From: a virus
Length of the DNA: 64,000 bases
IMG/VR virus record: IMGVR_UViG_3300045131_002907
Span: 11,425-75,424 of that record
Reading direction: 5' to 3' (one strand)
Shown here: piece after piece, positions 21,218 to 30,706 of the stretch
Layout of the letters: each line of letters begins with the position of its first letter
Position numbering within the stretch: the first letter of the stretch is position 1
Made by a program: the position numbers and the translations under genes
Notes under the pieces: generated by a model
The model's database searches: none
Told to the model about the DNA's origin: nothing
What the model saw: only the letters and a program-made list of their open reading frames with translations

Positions 21218-22999
21218 ATGCTGACACCATACACCAGACTTATTCGTTTCATCGTGGACGGCGAGCCCGTGAATGCTGCGGTGGCCAATCGGCCATCTCA
21301 GGATCTCGCCTGGCGGACACAGAATCTCAAAGAGATCTTGGACGCCCTGGCGGCAGCCCAGATGATCGAGATCCCCGATGCCATCCTGCAATCCGGTGTA
21401 ACCGTGGGGACCCCAGTGTACCTGGATGGGGCCACGAACACCTATAAGCCTGCGAGGTCGGCGACACGTTCTCAGGAAAACGGGAACCCCGCGCTTGCTG
21501 AGAGTTTCTTTGCCGGGATCGTGGTCAGCACTGAAGCCGGGACTCATGGAGTCATCGGTGTCACCGGCCGCTTCATTGGGCTCACTTTAGCACAATGGGC
21601 AGCCCATATTGAAACCAGGGATCTCGTCGGCGGCATCGCGGTACCCGGGCATTATTACCTGTCATCGACTCAGGCAGGGCGCCTCACCCTGACCCCAAGT
21701 GGGCTTGGTGTCTATGTTGGCCAGCTCAGTGCCTCGGGTGCCATGGATGTCCGTGCAGGCAACCCGGATTATGCCTCGCATACCCATCACGAGTTCGTAC
21801 TGAGTCCACTGCCCGCCGCGGATCTCACTAATCCACTCAGCGTTGTGGAGACCTCAGGTGAATGGTCTATCCCCATCCACGATACCACGTATCGCGGTTG
21901 GTTACCAGCGACGACTCAACCCGCAGAGAATGTACCCACGGGGGTCACCGCGGCGTCGTCATTCTGGTATAACTTGGACCACCCCACTGATGCCGCCTTG
22001 CGTGCCCTGTTCCCACCGGTCCCCGTGGATTCCTTTGTTGTCGTCAGGGGCACCGAGATCCAACCCATTGGGCGCATCGTGGTCAATGAGTTCGGGATCT
22101 GGTGGACCCAGAATAAGAATGATGCCACGAATGCGGCGCCGTGGTCAGAGAACGTCAAAGTAGACCCCACTCACGAAGAAAACATTCAGTTCTGGTTCTC
22201 GCGAATCATGTTGGCCACCGATGGTGGCATCGTGCGCTCCCTGAGCGTAAGCTCGACATCTGAACTCGACGCGGCATTCTTGGACCTCGGCGGGAACCCA
22301 GCAACAGATGGCACCCTCCAACTCGCCATCAAATCTTTGAAGGAAGCCACGAATCCCAATCCTGGGGTCCAGGCTTCAGCCCTTGCTGTGAAGGGTATCA
22401 CTGGAAAGCAATTCACCCGGGGGCCCGTGATCTCCAGGGTGAAAGGTACCCCAGGGATCGTGGTCACGGGAAGCCAAGGCAACGCCGCTGATGGCTGGTA
22501 TGGCGATCTCCTGTTCGCACTCAGCAACACTATTCTCACTCAGGGTAACGCAGATATCGCGGATCTCAACAACGCCAAGATCGAGAGCATCTCTGGTCTC
22601 CAAGGCGTCACCTTGGTGGCCCAACGCACCGCAGCACCGGCGTGGACACTGTTCATCCCCCCAGGGCTCGTAAATGTTACGGTCAAGATCAAGTTCTGGG
22701 TGTATGCGAGCACGAACGGTACCCTGTCAACTGCGAAGCCAATACAGTTAAATTACAAAGTGGTTCCCCCTGTAACAACGCCTACGGCGATTCCGGAATG
22801 GTCTTTTCTAGCAGCGTTCACCGATGCCAGTATGGGCATCGGTGGTGAAGGTCGCAGTGGTAAATACGAGGTCACCGATGCTATCTCGATCCTCGGGGTT
22901 CCCGGGGGATCCACTGTAGTCCTCAACCTCACCCGCAATGCCGCCGATGACTACGGTGGTAATCTCACCGTGCTCCGAGTGGAGTACGAACTCGTCTGA
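21218..22999 (+). CDS. Tail fibre/baseplate-associated structural protein
   Basis: N-terminal DGEPVNAAVANRP...L..RT..LK motif resembles fibre N-termini. Confidence 0.55.
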   Translation: MLTPYTRLIRFIVDGEPVNAAVANRPSQDLAWRTQNLKEILDALAAAQMIEIPDAILQSGVTVGTPVYLDGATNTYKPARSATRSQENGNPALAESFFAGIVVSTEAGTHGVIGVTGRFIGLTLAQWAAHIETRDLVGGIAVPGHYYLSSTQAGRLTLTPSGLGVYVGQLSASGAMDVRAGNPDYASHTHHEFVLSPLPAADLTNPLSVVETSGEWSIPIHDTTYRGWLPATTQPAENVPTGVTAASSFWYNLDHPTDAALRALFPPVPVDSFVVVRGTEIQPIGRIVVNEFGIWWTQNKNDATNAAPWSENVKVDPTHEENIQFWFSRIMLATDGGIVRSLSVSSTSELDAAFLDLGGNPATDGTLQLAIKSLKEATNPNPGVQASALAVKGITGKQFTRGPVISRVKGTPGIVVTGSQGNAADGWYGDLLFALSNTILTQGNADIADLNNAKIESISGLQGVTLVAQRTAAPAWTLFIPPGLVNVTVKIKFWVYASTNGTLSTAKPIQLNYKVVPPVTTPTAIPEWSFLAAFTDASMGIGGEGRSGKYEVTDAISILGVPGGSTVVLNLTRNAADDYGGNLTVLRVEYELV

Positions 23000-23037
23000 C
23001 CTCTAAAAAGTCTCCACGTCGAGACTGAGGAACCCCT

Positions 23038-23916
23038 GTGACCACAATCACGAATCCCAACTGGTATGATCTCAACTCGGATCGTGCCTTTCCATTCCTG
23101 GATTCGGCGTCACGGGCTGCAATCGAAGGCGGCTTCGTGCTCCCCGATGATCTCATCGTGGATCTCAGGTTGTCGGCGGCGGCATCCCTGGATCCCACCA
23201 AGTTCTATCTATCTCGAATCGGCGCCATTGGTGGCGGGTTGATGCTCACCTTTGCATGTGATGGCGTCGATGTCGCCACTACTGCTGCACCCTCGATTTC
23301 CACCGAGGAGTACCAGAGTTACATTGTCGCCGGGCTCACCGGGTACGCCGTCAATGGCACCATCGTGCTCGGCGGGGCCTCCGCGGTCCTCGCCGCAGGG
23401 GTCCTGGCTTACACGTTCACGCTCGCTGCAACGCGTATCATACCCACCTTGATTTCCCCCGGACAAACCGGGGTGACCTCGCTGACCGTTGTAGATTCCT
23501 CGGGAAGAACGGTTCGCCTCGTCGGTGACATCACCATGACGCCGGGCCCCAATGCTGAGATGACCGTGGAGGAGCAGGAGATCGCGATTGGGATGGTCTC
23601 CGGGGTTGTAATCAACCCATGTGGATGTGAGGACCCCGGCGGTTTCAACCGTGCCGCGATCCGAAGTATCAACGGGGTAACCCCAGATGTCGATGGTAAC
23701 CTTCAAGTGGTTACCGAGGGCTGCCCGGATCTCACCACGATTACCAATGGCCTCAAACTCACGGATCGCTGTGCTGAACCCTGCTGTGGTGACGCCGAGA
23801 TCGTTGCGGTGGCCACGGCGACACGTGACCTCGACAGACTCCTCGCCGATCTCGCCAACAAGGAAGCCCAGGTTGAAAGCGCGCTTCGTGGCGTCGAAGG
23901 CTGGTTGCAACAATGA
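23038..23916 (+). CDS. Structural paralog 1 (N-terminal ...RxFPF and SINGVxPDxxGN motifs)
   Basis: Shares motifs with the next four ORFs. Confidence 0.55.
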   Translation: MTTITNPNWYDLNSDRAFPFLDSASRAAIEGGFVLPDDLIVDLRLSAAASLDPTKFYLSRIGAIGGGLMLTFACDGVDVATTAAPSISTEEYQSYIVAGLTGYAVNGTIVLGGASAVLAAGVLAYTFTLAATRIIPTLISPGQTGVTSLTVVDSSGRTVRLVGDITMTPGPNAEMTVEEQEIAIGMVSGVVINPCGCEDPGGFNRAAIRSINGVTPDVDGNLQVVTEGCPDLTTITNGLKLTDRCAEPCCGDAEIVAVATATRDLDRLLADLANKEAQVESALRGVEGWLQQ

Positions 23917-25226
23917 CCGCAGGGTTCCTGGAATCCAACCTGGACATCGCGTACCCCTTCGTGGACTCCACGGAGGCCATCAGTGTTGGTGCAGACCCCA
24001 ATGATGTCCTGATTACTTCAGTGGTCGCCGATGCTCTTGTCGTCGGGGACCAAGATGGCCCCTATATCCTCAAGGTCTTCAATCCCAATTACGATCCCAT
24101 GATCGCGGATCCCCTGAGTCTCGCCATGATCCAGGTCTCCGGGGCCACTGGGGTCTTCATCGATACCACTGTGGCGACATCAGTCGATCTCGGTGGGGGT
24201 TTCAGAAGTCTGGATGCCGTGGGTACCGGGGGACAAATCCGGCTTATCGTGAGTACATCTGGAATCGCGGGTCTCGCCGCCCTGGCGTCTCCGGTGGAGT
24301 TCTCAGCCCGGGTGTGCTCCCGCGGGCTCCAGGGGGTCACCTCGATTGAGGGGCTCACCGGCGATGTCGTCCTACATCTCCCCGACTACTCGACTATCAA
24401 GGATACCGGGGAGTCAGTGGAAATCGCTTTCGCGGATCCCGAGGATCGCGTGGACTGCTCGGCGACGCCTTGCGATCACGCGTATTCACTGGGGCAGGCC
24501 GTCGCGGATTCCCAGGGAAGCCTTCACATCGAAGCCGGCCCATGCTACCGTGTTGTCCCCAGCGATAACCCAGCGTTCCCCCATCGCGTTGTCATCAAGA
24601 ATTTTTGCACGCCATGTGTGGACTGTAACGACCTCGTAGTGGTCCAGGACAAACTTGAGGACCAGGCCACCTACTACCACTCCCTGGGTGCCATCTACCA
24701 CAACCAATTCAATAGGTATCAGCACGCTGTCGCCAAGGTGAATGAGAAGATCGAGGAGATCGAGGCCAGGGGTAACATCGTCACCCCCACGGGGCCCATC
24801 AGTGTTGTAGAACGCGTTGTCAACCGGCCCTACTTTACGCAGCTCTACCTCGCCATTGTGAATAACTCGGAACGCAAGATCCGGGTTGCCATGACTGTAA
24901 CCATTACACCTGCGGGGCTCGCCGCACAGCTCCTGTCCCTGCAGGGTTCATGGCTGGTCCAGCACACCTTGAGTGGAGGCGAAGCCTTCGCTGACTTCAC
25001 GGGATTCCCGGGGAGCGCCAGTGTTGACGTCGAGGCCCAGGACAGCATTGGGCTCAACTCGGAGGCCAAGCGCGTCTCGTTTGTAGGCCCAACAACGGGG
25101 CACTGGCATCTCCAGGCCACGATACACTTCATGCACGGGGCCACCGTGCAAGAACTCGCGGGCACCCTCGACATGGATCTCACCCCCGCCATCGATCTTC
25201 TGAGTTCCCCAGCGGTGACCCCATGA
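23913..25226 (+). CDS. Structural paralog 2
   Basis: FLESNLDIAYPF, VTSIEGLTGDV, CTPCVDC. Confidence 0.55.
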   Translation: MTAGFLESNLDIAYPFVDSTEAISVGADPNDVLITSVVADALVVGDQDGPYILKVFNPNYDPMIADPLSLAMIQVSGATGVFIDTTVATSVDLGGGFRSLDAVGTGGQIRLIVSTSGIAGLAALASPVEFSARVCSRGLQGVTSIEGLTGDVVLHLPDYSTIKDTGESVEIAFADPEDRVDCSATPCDHAYSLGQAVADSQGSLHIEAGPCYRVVPSDNPAFPHRVVIKNFCTPCVDCNDLVVVQDKLEDQATYYHSLGAIYHNQFNRYQHAVAKVNEKIEEIEARGNIVTPTGPISVVERVVNRPYFTQLYLAIVNNSERKIRVAMTVTITPAGLAAQLLSLQGSWLVQHTLSGGEAFADFTGFPGSASVDVEAQDSIGLNSEAKRVSFVGPTTGHWHLQATIHFMHGATVQELAGTLDMDLTPAIDLLSSPAVTP

Positions 25227-25975
25227 CCTGGTACGACAACAACGAGCTGATCTCATATCCCCTGGTCGACGACACCAGTGGGCTCGACCACGACATCATC
25301 GTGGATCTCTTGCTCCATGTCCCCGGAGGCTTCGGAGATGTCGTGGTCTCCTCGATCTCGGTGACCGCCTTGGTGGTCAGTGTTGTGATCTCAGCGGGTA
25401 GCGAGGTCATCGCATATATCACCGTGGAGAACACCCCAGAGATTATCCAGACCCCCTTAGACCTCGAACCCGTGGTCTCCGGGGTCTCCGGTACCATAAC
25501 CCTGGGTTCCGGGATCTCCCGCCGGCGGCTGCGCCTCGATGGCGCCTTCGCCGTACTCCCCGAGTGTGTTATAGTTTATCCCCTGGGGGCCAGTGATCCC
25601 ACTGCACGGGTACATGGCATCCCCCTTGGTGGTCGGATCTCATTGGTCGCCGGGGCTGGGATCGAGATCACCGCGGAGACCATGCGGGTCCGCCGCCAAG
25701 ACCTCGTGGTTGAGACCACCACGGTGGCCAAGATCGGGCTCATCGCAACAAACCGACTCGTCGCCATGAATCCCTGTCAGGTCTCCGCTGAAGCCGATGC
25801 CCTGCGGACTCCTCCGATCCGGTCTATCAACGGTGTCCTCCCCGATCTCAATGGAAACCTCGAAGTCGTCTGTATTACCATCATGAAGGCCCCCGGGGAG
25901 CCCGTGGTCTCCATTGTCGACCCCGAAGTCGCCGGCAGGATATTCTTATCAGATCCAGGGGAAACCTGCGCATGA
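25223..25975 (+). CDS. Structural paralog 3
   Basis: WYDNNELISYPL, IRSINGVLPDLNGNL. Confidence 0.55.
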   Translation: MTWYDNNELISYPLVDDTSGLDHDIIVDLLLHVPGGFGDVVVSSISVTALVVSVVISAGSEVIAYITVENTPEIIQTPLDLEPVVSGVSGTITLGSGISRRRLRLDGAFAVLPECVIVYPLGASDPTARVHGIPLGGRISLVAGAGIEITAETMRVRRQDLVVETTTVAKIGLIATNRLVAMNPCQVSAEADALRTPPIRSINGVLPDLNGNLEVVCITIMKAPGEPVVSIVDPEVAGRIFLSDPGETCA

Positions 25976-26679
25976 ACATCTATGGCCAACAATGGGAAGA
26001 CAGTCTCAAGGGGCTCAGTTACCCCTTCCAGGCCTCGGAGCCCCCGGAATCCGAGGGTAACCGGATCCCCGTGGACTTCATCCTCGACGCCGCTTTATTC
26101 ATGAGGTCGTCGACCTCCCGTGCCGTGCTCAGCGAAATCGTGGTGACCCCGGCTCGTGGGATCACCATGGGGTTCGCGGATTCCGCTGGGGATCCCGTGG
26201 GTACCGCTGTTTTCCCGGCCGAAGGCGGGGGTCGAGTCGTCGTCAGCTTTCAAGGGATCCCCGTGGGGTTCATCGTAGCCGACCCTGTTGCCACGGAGAT
26301 CGTGCGATCCTGGTTCCCGAGAACTTATGTGTTCTCGGCTCCCCTGGTCCCCCATGTCGTCGTGGTCTCAGATCCCGCGTGGCGGCGAGGAGTCACGCTT
26401 CCCGATGGCACCACGCTCACCGGGGATGTCTACCTCGTCGGTGCCAATGGCATCCACTTGGAACGCACAACCACGGGGTTCAAGGTCTCCGGTGTCGGCG
26501 ATCCCTACGCCGGCAGAGTCGAAGCCCGGCGCGCCCTCAAGACCATCAACAATGTTCTCCCCGATAGTGCAGGGAACATCTCCTTTGTTGCGATGTCACC
26601 CCATGGTGGAAACCATAGAGTCAGCGTGAGTCCCCTGGGTAGTGGTCGTGTCCGCGTCGAACTCCAGGGGGCGACATGA
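25972..26679 (+). CDS. Structural paralog 4
   Basis: WEDSLKGLSYPF, LKTINNVLPDSAGNI. Confidence 0.55.
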   Translation: MNIYGQQWEDSLKGLSYPFQASEPPESEGNRIPVDFILDAALFMRSSTSRAVLSEIVVTPARGITMGFADSAGDPVGTAVFPAEGGGRVVVSFQGIPVGFIVADPVATEIVRSWFPRTYVFSAPLVPHVVVVSDPAWRRGVTLPDGTTLTGDVYLVGANGIHLERTTTGFKVSGVGDPYAGRVEARRALKTINNVLPDSAGNISFVAMSPHGGNHRVSVSPLGSGRVRVELQGAT

Positions 26680-27755
26680 TCGGAGCCAATCAATTCCTTG
26701 CCGCGAATACGACACGGGATTATCCCTTTGTGTTGGCGCCAACACGTTCGGCAGCCGAACGCGCCTGGCTCGCCGATGCCGCCTTCGTGATCACCGTGGA
26801 TGCCGAGATCTACGCGCAGACCATTCCTCTTGTGCTCTCCCGCATCGTGGTCTCCACTGGGGTCGGCTTCCGTTTCGAGATCCCCAGCGGCCCCCTGGCC
26901 GGCTGGGCCTTCGTATCCAGCCCACAGGCGCTCACGGACCTCCAGAGAGTCAGCGTGGCTCTCGTGGACCCCAGCGATGTCGCGCACCCCGAGATGGGGT
27001 ATGGGTACATCATCGTGGGCATCGCCGCTGAGCTCCCCGTGGTAACCACGAACCCCAACATCGAGATGGTGGTATCAACTATCCGTCTTCTCGAGAGCTC
27101 ACGTGCCCTCCGCATGTGGGTGGCGAATACGCCTTGCTTAGGGGACTCCAATTTCACCGAGGGCCCCGGGGATGCCCATGATATCACGTACACCGGGGTG
27201 GCCTCACAAACCATATCGGGTTGCGTTCAAATCGGGTTGTACCCCGCAGGGGGTCCCAGTGCGGGGTCACCCCTCCCCCAAGTCGCGGTAATCCCGGATC
27301 CCCAGGGGCACACCACTGCTGATATCCCCATTGTACCCCCTGTGGTGTCCACTGACCAGCTCACCGCAGGTGTGGTGACTACAATCAGTGTCCGCGATGC
27401 CGTCATCACGGACACCCTGCCTGGAGACCCCGGTTACGACGCCGAGGTCACCTCGGATGCCGTGGTCGGCGGTGCTGACATCTTAGAAGGCCACAACATC
27501 GACCTCGGCTATGACTCCCCGAGTGGGGTCGTCATCAAGTTCAGACTTGGGGGTGGCGAAGGTTTCTCATGTGATGCCGTCCCGGGGTGCACCCCTGGCA
27601 AAAAAGCAGTGGACACCGTAAAGTCTCTCAACGGAGTCCACGGCGAAAGTATAACTCTTGTCGCGGGTACCGCTGTAGAAGTCCTGGCGTCAGAACTCGA
27701 TCACCGTCTCTACCTCGTCTTCAACGCGGAAAGGCTAAAGGGTGCGGTTACCTGA
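26676..27755 (+). CDS. Structural paralog 5
   Basis: FLAANTTRDYPF, VKSLNGVHG. Confidence 0.55.
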   Translation: MIGANQFLAANTTRDYPFVLAPTRSAAERAWLADAAFVITVDAEIYAQTIPLVLSRIVVSTGVGFRFEIPSGPLAGWAFVSSPQALTDLQRVSVALVDPSDVAHPEMGYGYIIVGIAAELPVVTTNPNIEMVVSTIRLLESSRALRMWVANTPCLGDSNFTEGPGDAHDITYTGVASQTISGCVQIGLYPAGGPSAGSPLPQVAVIPDPQGHTTADIPIVPPVVSTDQLTAGVVTTISVRDAVITDTLPGDPGYDAEVTSDAVVGGADILEGHNIDLGYDSPSGVVIKFRLGGGEGFSCDAVPGCTPGKKAVDTVKSLNGVHGESITLVAGTAVEVLASELDHRLYLVFNAERLKGAVT

Positions 27756-28602
27756 CCTCGATGTCATCGATTTGCCAGACCTGACGTCTGCGGCATACCC
27801 TCGAGTCAACCACAGTGCGACATGTGTTGACGCCGTGATCCCCGCACGCACGTGTTGGCCCCAAACGCTGCAAAACATCGTCAGAGTCCGACCCTATGCC
27901 CTGCCGACGACTCCACTGGGGCACCTCAAGTATCCCTGGATGCGGATCCGGGCATTGTTCCCGATCCCACCTGGGATCGGCCTGCATTGTAGCACCCTGA
28001 AGTCCACGCAGACCTCGGTATCCATGGTTTCGGGGTCTCCTCCGAGTTGGAACCGAACCGTGGAGCCCTGTGATCCCACGGATCCCTGCTGCATCGACAT
28101 CAAAGATATCCTCAACATCCCATGTATCTTCCCCGCGTTCGGTATCGGCAAGGTCTACATGAATGGCGCCGAACTCCTCGGCGCGAGTACAACACACCGG
28201 GTATCCGGTGCGGGGTGCAACATCGGGGTAGCCCTGGATGTCAGCCTCCCCGATCTCAGCGGGGGCACCGTGGAGACCATGGCCCCTCTAGGGTTTCTGA
28301 CCGTGGAATGCCCGGATGTCGACAAACCCACGGGGTGGAACTGGGATACCACGGGGTGCTGTAATGACGGCACCTGTGCATATGAACACGATGCCCAGAT
28401 TCCGAAGGTCGTGGATACCCTGGGAGTCATTGGCCCCGCTGGGTCCGTTTATGACTCCACGGATCCCTTGTGCCCTGCTCAGTTCAAGAATGTGGGCGAT
28501 GACCGCATCTATGGCGGCGACCGCATTCGCATCCAGTTAATCGTGCCACCACCCCCGCTTCCCGCCCCGCAGATCACGATATATCACGTGGAGTCACCAT
28601 GA
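27742..28602 (+). CDS. Cys/Pro-rich hypothetical protein
   Basis: Overlap-coupled ORF with many Cys residues. Confidence 0.45.
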   Translation: MRLPDLDVIDLPDLTSAAYPRVNHSATCVDAVIPARTCWPQTLQNIVRVRPYALPTTPLGHLKYPWMRIRALFPIPPGIGLHCSTLKSTQTSVSMVSGSPPSWNRTVEPCDPTDPCCIDIKDILNIPCIFPAFGIGKVYMNGAELLGASTTHRVSGAGCNIGVALDVSLPDLSGGTVETMAPLGFLTVECPDVDKPTGWNWDTTGCCNDGTCAYEHDAQIPKVVDTLGVIGPAGSVYDSTDPLCPAQFKNVGDDRIYGGDRIRIQLIVPPPPLPAPQITIYHVESP

Positions 28603-28898
28603 ACCCCGAAGCTCCCGCCCCAGTCATCGACCCCAACCTCGCCATCCTGGTTGTTCTCGATTCCCCCCAGCTCGATGGCTTGGCCCCCGAGCTCACCCCA
28701 TTGCGTGTGAAGGCCACCAAGGTCGCCGAGGGCATCAATACAGCGCGGTGTTCGTCCTGCGCCAAGCGTTCGGCGTACCGGGCACTTCTCGCCATTGCAG
28801 TGGAGCTCCGAACCCTGGTGGCCTCGAACCCAAGTCTCCAACGCGTCATCGGGGTCCTCCAGACCGCGGCGGCCCAACCCAAAGCAGCACTGCCATGA
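28599..28898 (+). CDS. Small CxxC protein
   Basis: ATGA coupling and CSSC motif. Confidence 0.5.
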   Translation: MNPEAPAPVIDPNLAILVVLDSPQLDGLAPELTPLRVKATKVAEGINTARCSSCAKRSAYRALLAIAVELRTLVASNPSLQRVIGVLQTAAAQPKAALP

Positions 28899-29311
28899 GC
28901 GACCCCTTACCTCTTGTACCCCCACCACCGGTGGTCTACGCCCTCAACCTCGAGTACCGCGAGAACTCCGTGGTCGTCGATGCACGTACCCAAGGCTACC
29001 GCATCGCAATTACGGCCGCGGTGAAGTCCGGATATCGGGATGCCAACATCTTTCGGTACCAACAGCTCAACGCCGAGGAAGCCCTGTTCACCGGTGTATG
29101 CAGCCCCGCTGATCTCGTCGATTATTCCCAGAACCCTTCCCCCAAGGATGGCTTCTTCCGCAGGAACCTCCTCGACCTCGTCTTTGCCTCGCAGACCCAG
29201 GCTTATGAGATCCGCGATGAAATCCTTGAAGAGCTCAGAATCCTCAGTGAGGAGATGGCCCGGCTGGACAACACTCTAAGTGATGCCCAGACCATTGAGG
29301 TGTCTTCATGA
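28895..29311 (+). CDS. Hypothetical protein
   Basis: ATGA coupling at both ends. Confidence 0.55.
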   Translation: MSDPLPLVPPPPVVYALNLEYRENSVVVDARTQGYRIAITAAVKSGYRDANIFRYQQLNAEEALFTGVCSPADLVDYSQNPSPKDGFFRRNLLDLVFASQTQAYEIRDEILEELRILSEEMARLDNTLSDAQTIEVSS

Positions 29312-29604
29312 CCGAGTCCATCATTCTGAGCAAGGAAACCCTGTATGTTCTCGTCGAGAACTCGGGGTTTAACAGTTACAATTTCCTGGCACCGATTCGG
29401 AGATGGGGGCGTACGGTTCGTGAGGTCCGCCAGGGCTGTGCGAGCTGTCCGCCACGCCGGCGGTATGGTATCTCGGATGGCCAACAAGACGCCATCATGG
29501 CATCCCTGCAGGCCGCGTATTCCAATGAGATCCCGAGGTTGAAGCAGCAGCTTGGAGTCACCGAGCTCATACTTCCCTATACATCAGGGCAGGTCAGGAT
29601 TTAG
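29308..29604 (+). CDS. Small CxxC protein
   Basis: ATGA coupling and CASC motif. Confidence 0.5.
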   Translation: MTESIILSKETLYVLVENSGFNSYNFLAPIRRWGRTVREVRQGCASCPPRRRYGISDGQQDAIMASLQAAYSNEIPRLKQQLGVTELILPYTSGQVRI

Positions 29605-29986
29605 CCAGGATTTCCTGGTAGCCTTCCAGCAACTCGATGCGTTTGAAGAACGCACTGAGGGCAGTGACCTGCTTTTCGAGACTCACGAAACCACGAGACA
29701 CCTCGAGGCGAACCTCGCTTCGGCGTGGTTCTGTCCGCGCAGAGATTCGTGCGAGAACCGCGGCCCTTAGCTTGGCGGCTTCAACGGCGACGTCATCGGC
29801 GGCTCCTCGCAACTCTTCCAGGATATGTGGAAAGTCGGTTACAACTGGGAGCGCTATATTTGTGCCACGTATGGGCTCACGTAAGGTGCCGCGCACGGTA
29901 CGACTCGCCAGTGCCTGAGCCGCCTTGAGCGGAGACACCGCTTTGGGTTGCTTGGTAGTTTTAGATTTACTGCGTTTTGACGCCAT
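29594..29986 (-). CDS. Basic hypothetical protein
   Basis: SD AAGGAG and a Lys-rich N-terminus. Confidence 0.55.
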   Translation of the reverse strand: MASKRSKSKTTKQPKAVSPLKAAQALASRTVRGTLREPIRGTNIALPVVTDFPHILEELRGAADDVAVEAAKLRAAVLARISARTEPRRSEVRLEVSRGFVSLEKQVTALSAFFKRIELLEGYQEILAKS

Positions 29987-30035
29987 ATGATATCTCCTTG
30001 GGGGCGGAGTATCATATGGGTTTACAGTTAGTCAA
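29984..30035 (-). promoter_or_regulatory. Sigma70-like promoter overlapping an RBS-sequestering hairpin
   Basis: Minus strand TTGACT-N16-GATACT. The inverted repeat CATATGATActcc...ggagaTATCATATG covers the SD and ATG. Confidence 0.45.
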
Positions 30036-30049
30036 CCCATGCGGCTATG

Positions 30050-30703
30050 TCAGGGTTTAGGCGATTCAATGCCCAGGAGCTCGAGCTGCTGGGTCAGCGC
30101 CGCCATCTTGCGGGCGACATCTGCATCGAGTTCGTCGGCATGAGCAGCTGAGGACGCCATGGCGCCCTCAAATGCGGCGACATCATTGCTGGCATCCGTC
30201 GCCAAGGGTTGGTGTTCCCGATCCGCGAATCGCAGGCACTGGGGTTCACCGAGGACTCCCTCGGAATCCAAGACGTAGCCGACAACCCTGGCGATATCAC
30301 GCCCCCAAGGGGATTCTGCGCGTGCTGCCAGGGGAGGTTCGGGATCATTGATGACGACCTCGGTAACCGCCCAGGCGACATCATCGGCATCGGGGGTTTC
30401 ATCGAGGTCTAACGCTTTCCGGTTTAGGGCTGCCACTGTGCGCAGGAAAACCATAACAGAGTTATACACGGTATCCGTGGTCATCGCGTTGATCAGGGCT
30501 TCCAGGGATTCGTATTCCCGGCGGCCGAGGTCAACACCGAAGTCCTGTGAGATCTGGGTTCTCCGGGTCAGGGGATCCCAATTCATGGCCCCGGCACCAT
30601 AGGACTTCAAGACGATGGCGACCAAGGTGGATGCAAAAGCAGGTCTGGCGCCGCTGAGAAACTCGGCGGCGTTGCGGCGCCAATCTAGGCCTGCTTGCGA
30701 CAT
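30050..30703 (-). CDS. Hypothetical protein
   Basis: ORF directly downstream of 30707..32398. Confidence 0.6.
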   Translation of the reverse strand: MSQAGLDWRRNAAEFLSGARPAFASTLVAIVLKSYGAGAMNWDPLTRRTQISQDFGVDLGRREYESLEALINAMTTDTVYNSVMVFLRTVAALNRKALDLDETPDADDVAWAVTEVVINDPEPPLAARAESPWGRDIARVVGYVLDSEGVLGEPQCLRFADREHQPLATDASNDVAAFEGAMASSAAHADELDADVARKMAALTQQLELLGIESPKP

Positions 30704-30706
30704 CGC

